Below are positions 49,201 to 60,133 of a stretch of 64,000 nucleotides of DNA, one piece after another. The DNA comes from Glaucostegus cemiculus (lineage: Eukaryota), in the NCBI GenBank assembly GCA_976551045.1, contig CDPCPM010000005.1, positions 9,052,001 to 9,116,000 of the forward strand. Direction: 5' to 3'. The notes under the pieces are model-generated. The model made no database searches. It saw only the letters and a list, made by a program, of their open reading frames with translations, and was not told the origin of the DNA. Both the position numbers and the translations under genes were made by a program. Position 1 is the stretch's first letter. Each line of letters starts with the position of its first letter.

Positions 49201-51344
49201 CGTCTTTGTTTTCGCTCTAATGCGCTCATTGATCAGATATCCTTCTTTACAGCTTATCCCTGTGGTCATCCAGGTTTTCTGTCTGATTTTCTCTGTCAGA
49301 GATATCCCCTTTTCCCCACTCTCTGTGCCACACGTCGAGCTTCTTTTCTCTCCTTCCCAGTACTGACAAAGGATCTTTAACCTGAAATGTTAACTGTTGT
49401 TTTTTCCACATATACAGCCTTGTCTGCTGTTTTATCTTGCAGCTGTTGAGTTTTCCCAAATAAATTTTTGTGCCAAAATATGCTTTTCCATTTGGATGAC
49501 TCGTTCATTCATTTGTAGAGTTTGGACTGCAGATAGAAAAGGAAGGTTGCCTAATATATCATGAGAGTTAGCTGTTGTAACTTGTTACTGTAATTATTAC
49601 GTCAGTTTTGTAATCACTGTTTCATTTGCTATGCTGTCTAGCACAGAAATTTCAGTGGCATTGGCAAATTTATTAGTACCTGAAAATAAATGTCATGACC
49701 TTGACCTTTATGCGAAATGGTTGGAAGTACTGGGCCTTAATAAAAATTAAAAGCTTAAGTAGAAGGAGAATAAAATCGTTAAAATAATTAACAGGCAACA
49801 CTCTCCAATCTGTATCCCTTACAAGTTAGGGAGATCATAATTTTAAGTAGTGAGTTCAAATCTTCTGATATGAATGCAGTCCTTAATAGTCAAAAATTAG
49901 GCAGTGAAGTCTGTATTTCAGAGCAAAACTGTTGATTGCTGAAGAAAGCTTTGCAAATTGAACTTTGAAAAACAATATAGTGATTATGATAGTGTGTCTG
50001 CAGGGTGCATAATACAGTGGTGGATTGTAACCTAGAAACTTAAAGACTGAATAGGAGAAAAATGAAATCTGGCAACAATGATTTTGTACGAGAAATATTA
50101 TGTTCAATTGACCCATAAGGCTGGGGAGAAAGTCATGATTTTATGTCTGATTAGCTGGTTGGTTACACTTGCAAGATGGGCTGAATTTTTTTTTAAGTTT
50201 AGGAAAATTAGCAAATAATACTTATTCCTACCCTAGAACAAGATAGAATTTTACTGGCAAACATCTGTGCAGTGAAATATTCTTTATTGTGTAAGTAAAA
50301 TTTTACTTCTGCCTGTTTGGAATATAGATATGAGAGAATGTTGCCACAACTTTGTTCTCACTCTACTGAAAGTATTGATTTTTGCAGGGGTGCAGTTTCT
50401 TGCAACCCTCCAGTACTTCCGTTCTTCATGTAAGCGAAGATAGCAATAGCAAGCTATTTGCAGTTAATAGCATAGCAGCTCTCAATTGTCTTTCAGAAAT
50501 TTTCAGTGGTTTGTAGAGTAATGGTACCTAAGATGCAATCCAGAAGAGATCAAATGCAGTTCTGAATTCAACAGTAGTTTATATGCTAACATCAAAGAAA
50601 TTCCAACATAAGAGACTGGATTGTTGTAAAAATCCATCTGGCTGATTTAATATCCCCTTTTATCAGAATTTATCTTGACTTTCTTGCTAACCTTTTCCTC
50701 TTAAAGTAATGGCTTTATCTATTGAGTCTTCACATTTTCTTCAAGATTGTAGTTGAAAATAAGTTTTAGCAATTTTCACTTATCAATTTTAAAACCCGTA
50801 TTTTTATGATGCACAATTTAATGTAGGTTCTTTGTTTTTAAGTCTTTGATTAACTCACAGTTGTATTTTGAAATCCTTGTGCATAAGCAATAGGGTTGCG
50901 TGTATATTGATTAACATTTTCCTGCTGTGTGTAAGGAAGAACTGATTTATTTCTTGGCTTGCAAAATGGCTTTAAGACTGGTTATGAACAGGGTGTCTTG
51001 ATTGTATTCGGTGTATTTTGGGGAAAATGTCTCAACAGTTGGTCTGCAGGTGTTTCCAGCAACTTGTGGTGCCAAATATCATTGCAATTAAATGATAAAG
51101 GGCAGGTTTAAATAATGGCTACCTTCATTCAGCAATTCTGGAGAATTATGTGGATATTTGGCACTTTCAGAACTTCATAATTGGTCTATAAAATCATATT
51201 CGGTGTTGAATATTACAATTGCTATATTTTACTATTACAGAATACTAATGAAATTTATGCATTTGTGAAATAATATTACCTTTTAAGTGTGTGGTAATAA
51301 CTCATTACTGGTGTTTTGTAGTTATGTTTTGTTTTATATTACAG

Positions 51345-51412
51345 ATCAGAATATGGTTACACATCCCTGCTGTTATGCAACATGTTATACCCTTCAGAAC
51401 TTATGTTATTAG
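51345..51412 (+). CDS. USP34: USP34 exon 6 (68 nt)
   Basis: ttacag|ATC AGA...ATT AG|gtgagt; IRIWLHIPAVMQHVIPFRTYVIR. Confidence 0.96.
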
Positions 51413-51570
51413 GTGAGTGATCAGATTACTTTCACTTGTGATGTTTTTATATTCATAATTGACCATTTAGAATTGCACTAAAAATATTGCAAATATTTGA
51501 ATCTCTTAAACTGGAAAAATATCACCATGTGTATTTTTAAACAAACTTTTCTTTACATTTTCAAATCTAG

Positions 51571-51763
51571 GTATTTGTGTAAACTTTCAGACCAGGAATT
51601 GCGGCAGAGTGCTGCACGCAACATGGCAGATTTGATGTGGAGTACAGTCAAGGAACCTCTGGATACAGCACTGTGTTTTGATAAAGAGAGTTTGGATCTT
51701 GCTTTCAAGTATTTCATGTCACCAACTCTAACAATGAGGTTGGCTGGACTCAGTCAGATTACA
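51571..51763 (+). CDS. USP34: USP34 exon 7 (193 nt)
   Basis: tctag|G TAT TTG...ATT ACA|gtaagt; YLCKLSDQELRQSAARNMADLMWSTVKEPLDTALCFDKESLDLAFKYFMSPTLTMRLAGLSQIT. Confidence 0.97.
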
Positions 51764-51954
51764 GTAAGTTGCTATTTAGTAAATGTTACTTACACAATGC
51801 TGTATTCGTGTAGGCATTTTAGACACTTTTATAAAAAGAAGTATTCTGCTTTATCATGAAATGGCATGTATTGTCCCACATGCAGACTATTGGGTCCATT
51901 TGCCTATGCAGGAGTTGAAGCATTGTACTTCCTCTTCTCCCTACTCTTCTACTT

Positions 51955-52710
51955 CATTAAAACAAAGAAAAGCAGGAGCAGGTCCCTCAGTCTTTCGAGC
52001 TTGCTGTGCCATTCAATAGCTGACCTTTTACCTTGCTATCACTTTACTGCATTAACCCCATACTATTTAATTCTCTTATTATCTAAAAATCAGTCAATTT
52101 CTTTCCTGAATGTATTAAGTGACTGAACCTCCAAATTGTCTTGGGTAAATATTTGGCTGAAGAAGTTTCTTCTATTCTCTGTAAATATATCTTTGTAAGT
52201 ATATCTGTCCTTCAGCAAGGAGATTTAGAACTCTATTCAGTATCTAAGTGATGTCACAACAAGACTCTATGTAACTGAACAAAGACATCTTTACTCTTGT
52301 ACTTAAGTTCTCTTGCAGTAAAGGCCAAAATACAGTTTGCCTTCTGAGTTGCTAGCTGTACCTGAATGTGAACTTTCAGTGATTGTATTGCAAGGACCCA
52401 TGGGTTCTTTTAAATCTCAACACTTCCTTCAATCTTTAGTCATTTAAAAAAAACTTCTGCTTTGCTATTTTTTCTATGTTATTGGATGTCCTTGCATTTT
52501 TCCATGAGGTATTCCAGCTGCCTTGTCATCATTCATTCACTTAACCCGTCTATGTCCTCATGAATCCTCAACATCCTCTTCATAACCAACACTACCACAC
52601 AACCTGGTATTATCTGTAAACCTTAATATATTAATCTTGGTCCTAACATCCAAATCTTTGATGTAATTAAAAACGGCTGGGTTCCAATTACCAATTCTTG
52701 TGGCCTTCTG
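51955..52710 (-). mobile_element. Degraded CR1 LINE
   Basis: Reverse 3' tail (AAGAAAAGCAGGAGCAGGTCCCTCAG...GCCATTCAAT) and RT relics to ~52700. Confidence 0.7.
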
Positions 52711-53299
52711 TTTTTCATCTAGTCAGCAGAATCTATCCCTTTCTTCACCCCCCACCCCACAATGCTTTCATTTGAATTAAATTAAAGTCCATTTCAGCTG
52801 TTCGATTTAACTACTTTTGGAGATGCCATTTCCCAAACATCTTTTGTATGTGTACTCTATCCTACCTGTTTAGAATCACTGGTTCACTATTGCCTCCTCC
52901 AAGTTTATTACATTGTTTTTACGACGTGGAGTCCAGAACAGTATAAGTACACCAGTGTAGTTATATCAAGATCCTATACAGATTTAACACAGCTTCTCTC
53001 CTTTTCCAATTAATTCTTTTTGATCTCAAGTGTTTCTTTGTGGCTTTATTTCTTTTTAGTGATTTGTCATAATTTGTTCTTCGACTTCCTTTTCCTTATT
53101 TTTTGAGCAGTATGTTATCCCCTGCCCCTATGTTTCATGCGCTTGTTTTCTTACGAATGAATGAGGAGACCTTCAAAGATGTAATGATTGAATATTGTTC
53201 AACTCATTACTTCATAAGTTGTAATTTAATGTTTATATGCAAGGTTAAAAAGTTGCGCTAGTGGAGTTGTGAACTTCTGAAGAAATATAAGTTGTTTGT

Positions 53300-53540
53300 G
53301 CGGCACGATAGCGTAGTGGTTAGCGTGACGCTGTTACAGCGCCAGCGATCGGGGTTCGATTCCCGTCGCTGACTGTAAGGAGTTTGTACGTTCTCCCGTG
53401 TCTGCGTGGGTTTCCTCCGGGTGCTCCAGTTTCCTCCCACATTCTGAAAGATGTACGGGTAGGTTAATTTGGGGGTTTAAAATGGGCGGCGTGGACTCGT
53501 TGGGCTGAAAGGGCCTGTTACCACGCTGTAAATAAAAGTT
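53300..53540 (+). mobile_element. tRNA-derived V-domain SINE (HE1-like), young, tail type A (CR1-like)
   Basis: A box TAGCGTAGTGG (53309-53319), B box GGTTCGATTCC (53353-53363), V-domain, CpGs largely retained; tail TGGGCTGAAAGGGCCTGTTACCACGCTGTA resembles the CR1 3' terminus. Confidence 0.9.
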
Positions 53541-54375
53541 TTTTAAAAATTTAAAATTTAAAAAAAGTGTTTAAAAGTTTCCAGAATTATGTGCTGAAAC
53601 CTGGGTATGTAATCGAAATAAACAGCTTTTTAAAATAATCAGAAAATAATCAAGATTATTCTCTTCCACTTTAAAGTTCATTAGGAATTTTATTACTGAA
53701 CATGATTTGCAGTTTAATTTGAAAATAATTCCACAGGCTCTTAAACTAGATATGTTAGCTTTGTAGCAAAGGTTTAGTGTGCTGTTCATATTTTACAGTA
53801 CAGTTTACTTTTTTTAATTGGAAGTAACTTCAAACTCCCTTGAAAATACTGCATAAATGCCAACAGTGCCCATGGAATAAGTTACTGTTCAAATGAGAAA
53901 TTGGTTTAATTTCATAATTTCCTTTTGTTCTTTTCTGCATTTATCTTGTGATTTTCACTTACATTCCATTCTTTGAAAGTAAGATAGTTAAGAATGGTAT
54001 TATTTTGTGCATCCGCAATCACTTTTCTGCTTTCTGTCTTTCCTCTGGTAATTTTATGAAAATTATAAGCACCGTGAAACAGAGAAATTTTATTGCATCC
54101 TAAATTGAGTCTTTTTCATGTTATGAACATCAACAATTTGTCTTGCTTGAAATGGAGGCACTCTCTTGTGTTTACAGCTGATGATCATTTAACAGGGAAA
54201 GACATGCAGCATTATTTTAATGGGCCACTTCATGTCTTGAACTCAGTATTTTGCAGATTTTCTTTTGACTCAGCAATACTAATATATAACCTTTGATTTT
54301 TCAAACGGTTGCTGATTTACAAATCAACCTAGATAACCAAAATAAATCAGTTTTCCAACTTTTTTCCCCCAACAG

Positions 54376-54437
54376 AACCAACTTCATACATTCAATGATG
54401 TTTGTAATAATGAATCTTTGGTGTCAGACACTGAAAC
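54376..54437 (+). CDS. USP34: USP34 exon 8 (62 nt)
   Basis: caacag|AAC CAA...GAA AC|gtaagt; NQLHTFNDVCNNESLVSDTET. Confidence 0.96.
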
Positions 54438-54607
54438 GTAAGTAATGCCTAACTTTTATTAGGAACTTGACTCATGTAAGATCAACTGCATATGTTTGAA
54501 GGAAAATATTGACATAGTCTTAAATTATTGGGAAACTGGGAAATGGAACATAAAATATTTGTGTGTATATATGTGTTAATGTATACCCTTTTTCCTTTGT
54601 TGCATAG

Positions 54608-54689
54608 GTCAATTGCAAAAGAGCTTGCAGACTGGCTAATTCATAATAATGTTGTTGAACATATCTTTGGACCAAATTTGCACATTGAG
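54608..54689 (+). CDS. USP34: USP34 exon 9 (82 nt)
   Basis: catag|G TCA ATT...ATT GAG|gtttgt; SIAKELADWLIHNNVVEHIFGPNLHIE. Confidence 0.96.
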
Positions 54690-54833
54690 GTTTGTCCAGA
54701 ATGTTGTTGTTTTCTTCCTGTGCCTCTTCCTGCCCTACCCCTCCTTTCCACATACCACTCTACAAACCACCAACAAGCTTACAAAGACTAACAGTGCTTT
54801 TTTATTTCAAGCCTTTTCATTATTGGGTTGCAG

Positions 54834-54926
54834 ATCATCAAACAATGCCAAGTTATCCTGAACTTTCTAGCTGCTGAAGGAAGACTTAGCACACAACATA
54901 TAGACTGTATTTGGGCGGCAGCACAG
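54834..54926 (+). CDS. USP34: USP34 exon 10 (93 nt)
   Basis: ttgcag|ATC ATC...GCA CAG|gtattt; IIKQCQVILNFLAAEGRLSTQHIDCIWAAAQ. Confidence 0.96.
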
Positions 54927-55938
54927 GTATTTGATTTTTAACAATTTTTTTTTGTTTAATCCTTACTGAGTAATGTATAATGTAAGTACAATCTTATAAT
55001 CACTCTTTACAAAAAATAATCTGAAATGAGAACGTGGGTTTTTTCTGGTTATAAATTCTGAAGGAAATCAGTTTGTCCATTTATTCAGTTCTTGTATTAA
55101 CATTGGATGGGAACATTTGATAAATGTTGAAACAGACTTAAAACAGTGTTTGAAAGTATTGTTTCATTAAAAATTGATATCAGTTTGCTAATTGTAATTG
55201 AGGGAAAGACTTTTCAGTGCACGTGTACATTTTAATTATTACAAATAATTAATCATAAATTTAGTTACTGTGCCCTTGGAAATCAGCAACCATTTTATGA
55301 CCTCTGGAAGTTAAGGCCCTTTCTTTTTGGATTTTCTTGCTTTGATTATCTACAATATCTATTCCTTTAAATTTTGTTGCAATAAGATGCTCAGTTAATC
55401 TTTTTGTGTGGTCTAAACTTTCTCCTCAACACTGAAGACTGCTCCTAGTTTTAGATTATTTATTGAGATTCTGTACAAGCAGATTTTTTTCACAATGGAG
55501 GAAATGTTCTCAGGAATATTAATAGATTAAATTTTCCTAATTTTATTATGTCATCTAGATCACAAAAAAAAATTACTTTTCCAATTTTATTTTTGTTTGG
55601 ATTCTTGGCTTGGTTTTCAGGTTTGGATTTAGTGATGTTGATTTTGGGGAATGCTCCATGTAATTTTGGTCACTATTTAATGCTGGACATTTAAAACCTG
55701 CCCCAGATTTCGAATGATGGCCTAACACAATCATCAGATTGAAGTGTTATCTTTCCATCGTAATTCAATTTTTGTTTTCTCTCAGAATTAACTTTTGGTT
55801 CCTTCATTGTTACTTTAATCAGGTAAAATTAAATTGTTTCATTATCTCTGTTACAGTTACTTATTTTAAATATTACCTTATGATATTTTTCTTCTTTTGT
55901 GTCTTCTTCTCCCCCATCCCCCCTACTCCACCCCACAG

Positions 55939-56064
55939 CTGAAGCACTGTAGTCGATACATCCATGATTTGTTCCCTTCTCTTATTAAGCACTTGGATCC
56001 TGTACCACTCCGCCACCTTCTTAATCTAGTTTCTGCTCTTCACCCAAGTGTCCACACAGAACAA
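55939..56064 (+). CDS. USP34: USP34 exon 11 (126 nt)
   Basis: ccacag|CTG AAG...GAA CAA|gtaaga; LKHCSRYIHDLFPSLIKHLDPVPLRHLLNLVSALHPSVHTEQ. Confidence 0.96.
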
Positions 56065-56389
56065 GTAAGATATCTGCACAATTCTGTCTAGTACTTTATA
56101 TAATATTAATGGATCTCTATCATTTTCTTTCACCTGATTCAGTAAAGAAGGGGAGCGTATTTATATAATGTCCCATGGCACCATTTGAGGAATAGTGGAG
56201 CTATCCTGGTTTCCTGTTTAACATTTACCCTTCAGTCAACAGTTCTAAAATGGATTGTATGGTTGCTTATCTCACTGCTGCTTGCTGTTTTCATTGTCTA
56301 AGTTCAAAAGCATCCAATTATTTCTCATGCACCAGGTAAAAGCAAGAGTTAGTACATATAAGAGTGTATTACCAAAAAAGATTGTGCAG

Positions 56390-56785
56390 TTTAAGGCTCC
56401 CCTTGAGAACAAAGGCTGAGGATTAACATGAAGGGTTTTAAAGTTGTGAATATGCTTGAAGTGGTAGCTATAGGAAGGGTGTTGCTACTTGTGCAGAAAT
56501 CCAAAATTCAGGGTCATAAATACAAGATAGTCTTGAATATGCAATAGGAAATTTAGGATAAACCTCTTTACCTGCAGGGTTAGTCAGAACATGGAGCACA
56601 CTATGACAGGAAGTAGTTGAATCAAAAGAACCTGCTTGTATTTAGGAAGAAGGTTTATATGCACAAGAGCCAAAAAGAAATAGAAAATTAGATGAAAATA
56701 AAATGAAGGAAGGAAGCTCATGTAAAGCAATTGCATCAGTGTAGGCCATTTGGGCTGAGTGCTCTGTTTCTCTGCAGGTGTATTG
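56390..56785 (+). mobile_element. Old CR1 3' fragment
   Basis: LENKG.../GHKYKI/NLFTCRV relics and a GGGCTGAGTGCTCTGTTTCT terminal motif. Confidence 0.55.
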
Positions 56786-57890
56786 ATGCGTTTTCTTTTT
56801 TCATGTAATTAGTTGTTTCCCAGCGTAAAAATATTCAGTGTCCTGGATGTGGGTGCGGGAAATAGGTGCTCTGTGAGAGTACAGATTGATGAAAGGAAGG
56901 AACAGTCACTTCAGAAAACCAAGAATGGTAAAGTTAATGTGATTGGTGGAAATTACAAAATGAATAGTGATTGTAGAAACTGGTAGTCAAAGTGCGAGAA
57001 ATAGTTTGGTACTGTCAGTTGTGGTGAATAGTTATTCTGAGGTTAAGAGAGGTCATCTGCTGTGGGAGATGGTATCATCAAAGCAAATGGAAAAAAAGAC
57101 TAGAGACTTCCCAGGAATCAGAATGAGATGAAACATAAATGTTGAAAAATAATTTGTACCCAAAATAATTTTGGGTATTGGGTTTGTTAAGGCATGGAAT
57201 TGGATTTCTATCAACCATTTGTTAAATGACTCAGGCTGGGTTTGTTTCGGCTCTGATGTGGGTTAATAACCCAAGTGGTTATTAGAACAGATGTATAAAC
57301 TTTCTACAGCAATTGTTGTATCTTTTACTCTATTTATTGTTGTTATTACAATGTTACAACTCATTCCTCTTGAAAATATATTAAATATTTCCCCATTGCC
57401 ATTGTGCAGTTTGAGAATGCACAATTGTTCAGAAAATAATTTACTTCAGTATTACCAACCTGCATTCCCTTACCAGTTGAAATTATCCACTCCATCTTAA
57501 AAGAAAATTCATCACTCTTGCAATTTTAAAATGTTGCTGCATTCAGCAAAACAGGTTAATTTTGATTACTTGCAATGCAAATGCTGTTTGGTTACCTAAA
57601 TAATCTTAACCTGTCATTTAAGTTTGATGCTTGTGACATATGTCAACTGTCTACATCATCTGGAAATGAACTATTCACTTGCCTTAATCCTTTTATTAAG
57701 GTATTCACAGTATCTTGATGAACCAAATTGACTTAGCATTCCAATTTTGAATGTTCTACTAAAATTGAATCCATTTCTTTCTTGTTTAGTCAAGAGTTAA
57801 TACACTTCTGTGGTTCTTTGGTTTGTGTATCTGGTTTCTGTAATATCTCCTGCTGAGGATTAAATATTCAATTTTTGGCTTTGTTCACAG

Positions 57891-58020
57891 ACCCTGTATT
57901 TGGCATCAATGCTCATTAAAGCCCTCTGGAACAATGCACTTGCTGCTAAGGCTCAATTATCCAAGCAGAGCTCCTTTGCTTCTCTTCTTAACACCAGCCT
58001 CCCTTTGGGAAATAAGAAAG
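57891..58020 (+). CDS. USP34: USP34 exon 12 (130 nt); gene continues beyond the window
   Basis: cacag|ACC CTG...AAG AAA G|gtaagt; TLYLASMLIKALWNNALAAKAQLSKQSSFASLLNTSLPLGNKK. Confidence 0.96.
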
Positions 58021-58199
58021 GTAAGTGCAGTGATAGAGAATGCACCTGCTATAAGATTTGTGTTCATGTGTAAGAAAAGTGTTTGGTCATTTAACATAAT
58101 GATTTGAGGAAGTTTGCACTGGAAAGATTATGATTGTATTCACCATGGAGAATAACATCGTAGTGGAGAATTCATGAAGGAGACAGTGGAATTCTGGAA

Positions 58200-59690
58200 C
58201 AAATTGCCATTAAAAATGTATCAGATATTTTAGTGGGCTTTGAGGTGGATAAATCCCAGAGCCTGATGAGATGTATCCCAGGCTGCTCTGATAGGCAAGG
58301 GAGGAGGTTGCTGAAGCTCCAGCAGAATTTTCAGATCTTCATTGGCTACAGAAGAGGTGCCTAATGACAGGAGGAGAACAAATGAACCTTGAGTCAAGAA
58401 GGGCAACAGGGATAAGTCAGGTAATTACAGTTGGTAAAATAATGTCAGTGATGTGCGAGTTATCTGAGGGACAGGGTTAATCTGCATGCAGAGAGGCAGG
58501 AATTGATCAAGGATAGTCTGTATGGTATTGCTAAATGGAGATCCTGTAAGACTAATTTGATCGAATTTTTTGAAGAGGTAATTATGTATGTCAATGAGGG
58601 TGGAGTGATTGTTATAAACTATATGGGCCTTTGATAAGATCTTAGATGGGAAACTGGTCCAAAACATAAGAGCTCATGGGATCCTGGGCAATTTGGCAAA
58701 TTGGATCCAAAATTGGCTAGTTGGTAAGAGGCAAATAGTGATGTGGACAGTTGTTGTGATTTGAAGCCTGCAACCAGTGGTGTACCACAGGGATCACTGT
58801 TGGGAGGCTCTTGCTGTTTCTTATATACATTAATAATCAGGATGTGAGTGTAGAAGATGACAGTGAGGAGGGTAGTCTTAGCATAATATTGATGAGTTGG
58901 TAGGATGGGCAGGGAAATATCAGATGATATTTATCCTGAAAAATGTGATAGATGCATTTTAGGCTAGGATATAGACAATGAATGGTGGGACCCCTAAAAA
59001 TTGTGGAGAACCTGCATGAATACTTCCCAAATAACTCTAATGACAACACAGGTAGATAAGGAGGCTAGAAAGGCACATAGGATACTTGCCTTCATTAGCC
59101 AAGTCACAGAACAAAAGAGCAGGAAGGTTGCAACTATATAAAACATCAGTTAGTGTACAACTGGAGTGTTGTGTGCAGTAATGATCACCACATTATAGGA
59201 AAGATGTGATTGCACCAGAGAGGGTGCAGAGGTGATTCACCAGATATAGCGTTTTAGCTATGAGGAGAGATTAGATAGGCTGGGTTTATTTTCCTTGGAG
59301 GGGAAATGTCTGAAGGAGCATCTGATGAACTATATAAAATTATGAGGGGCTTGAAGATGGGAGAGAATGAGAAGTTTTCTCCCTTCCCAGAGATGTCAGT
59401 AACCAGTGGGCAAAAGCTTAAGGTCTGGGAGACTTAGAGGAGGTTTGAGGAAGAATTTTTTTCACCCAGAGGGTGAAGGGAATTTGGGATGCAAAATACC
59501 TCAGGGTGTGATGGAGGCGGATAGTCTCTCAGCATTTAACAAGTATTTCGATGAGCCCTTGAAATGCCATGAGCCGAGTGCTAGAAAATGAATTAGTATT
59601 GATATCAAGTACAGATTATTTTTAAACCAATATGGATGTGGTGGGGCAAAGACTTGTTTCTGTGCTGTATGACCTGATGACTCCATTGAT
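58200..59690 (+). mobile_element. Degraded CR1 LINE (RT to 3' end)
   Basis: KSQSL/DEMYPRLL, SCKTNLIEFFEEV, WIQNWL, SGVPQGSLLG and PHYRKDV relics; terminal TTTCTGTGCTGTATGAC. Confidence 0.8.
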
Positions 59691-59884
59691 AAAGATTTTG
59701 AAATCAATTTTTGGAAACATTTTGTTAGTTTAGTTCTGGAGCATTTAAAAACTTTAAAAATGGTATAACAATCACTTCCATTTTCAATTTAAATAATATC
59801 ATGTTATAACTATTCTGTTTTTTTGAATATGCAAGCCACCTCATTATAGTGCATAAGTATCTCGATGATTACATACATCAAGCT

Positions 59885-60015
59885 TAAAGTCTGGGTCCAT
59901 GAACTGAAATAACTTTGTGTTTCTCATTCCATAGACGCTGCCTGATTTGTTGAGTGCTTCCAGCACTTTCTGTTTTTATTTCAGATTTCCAACATCTGCA
60001 ATTTTTGATTTTCAG
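59885..60015 (+). mobile_element. Penelope-like terminal fragment
   Basis: CCATAGACGCTGCCTGATTTGTTGAGTGCTTCCAGCACTTTCTGTTTTTATTTCAGATTTCCAACATCTGCA. Confidence 0.65.
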
Positions 60016-60133
60016 TATTAAATCCGTTTTTCTCATGTAGATAGAAATAATGAACCAGGCTACAACCATTGGGGCAATGATATTATAAATTTTAAGGAAA
60101 AAAAAATCCGTTCTATTGTAAATTGTGCTTGCA

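Larger units (their letters stand above)
47050..49460 (+). mobile_element. Penelope-like element 3' part (right, forward arm), split into ~47050-47235 and ~49200-49460
   Basis: LGTLQLSGLDIEFYN relic near 47110-47155; the resumed part aligns by eye to the reverse complement of ~46520-46720 and includes the hammerhead-like motif at 49358-49396. Confidence 0.7.

Noticed and set aside
53300-53375. tRNA gene
   Set aside because: A and B boxes are present but run straight into the V-domain and LINE-like tail; this is a SINE head. The same applies to 35420-35490.
54690-54833. 144-nt USP34 intron 9 as a retained coding segment
   Set aside because: In-frame TAA at 54789-54791; normal donor, branch-like GACTAAC and acceptor are present.
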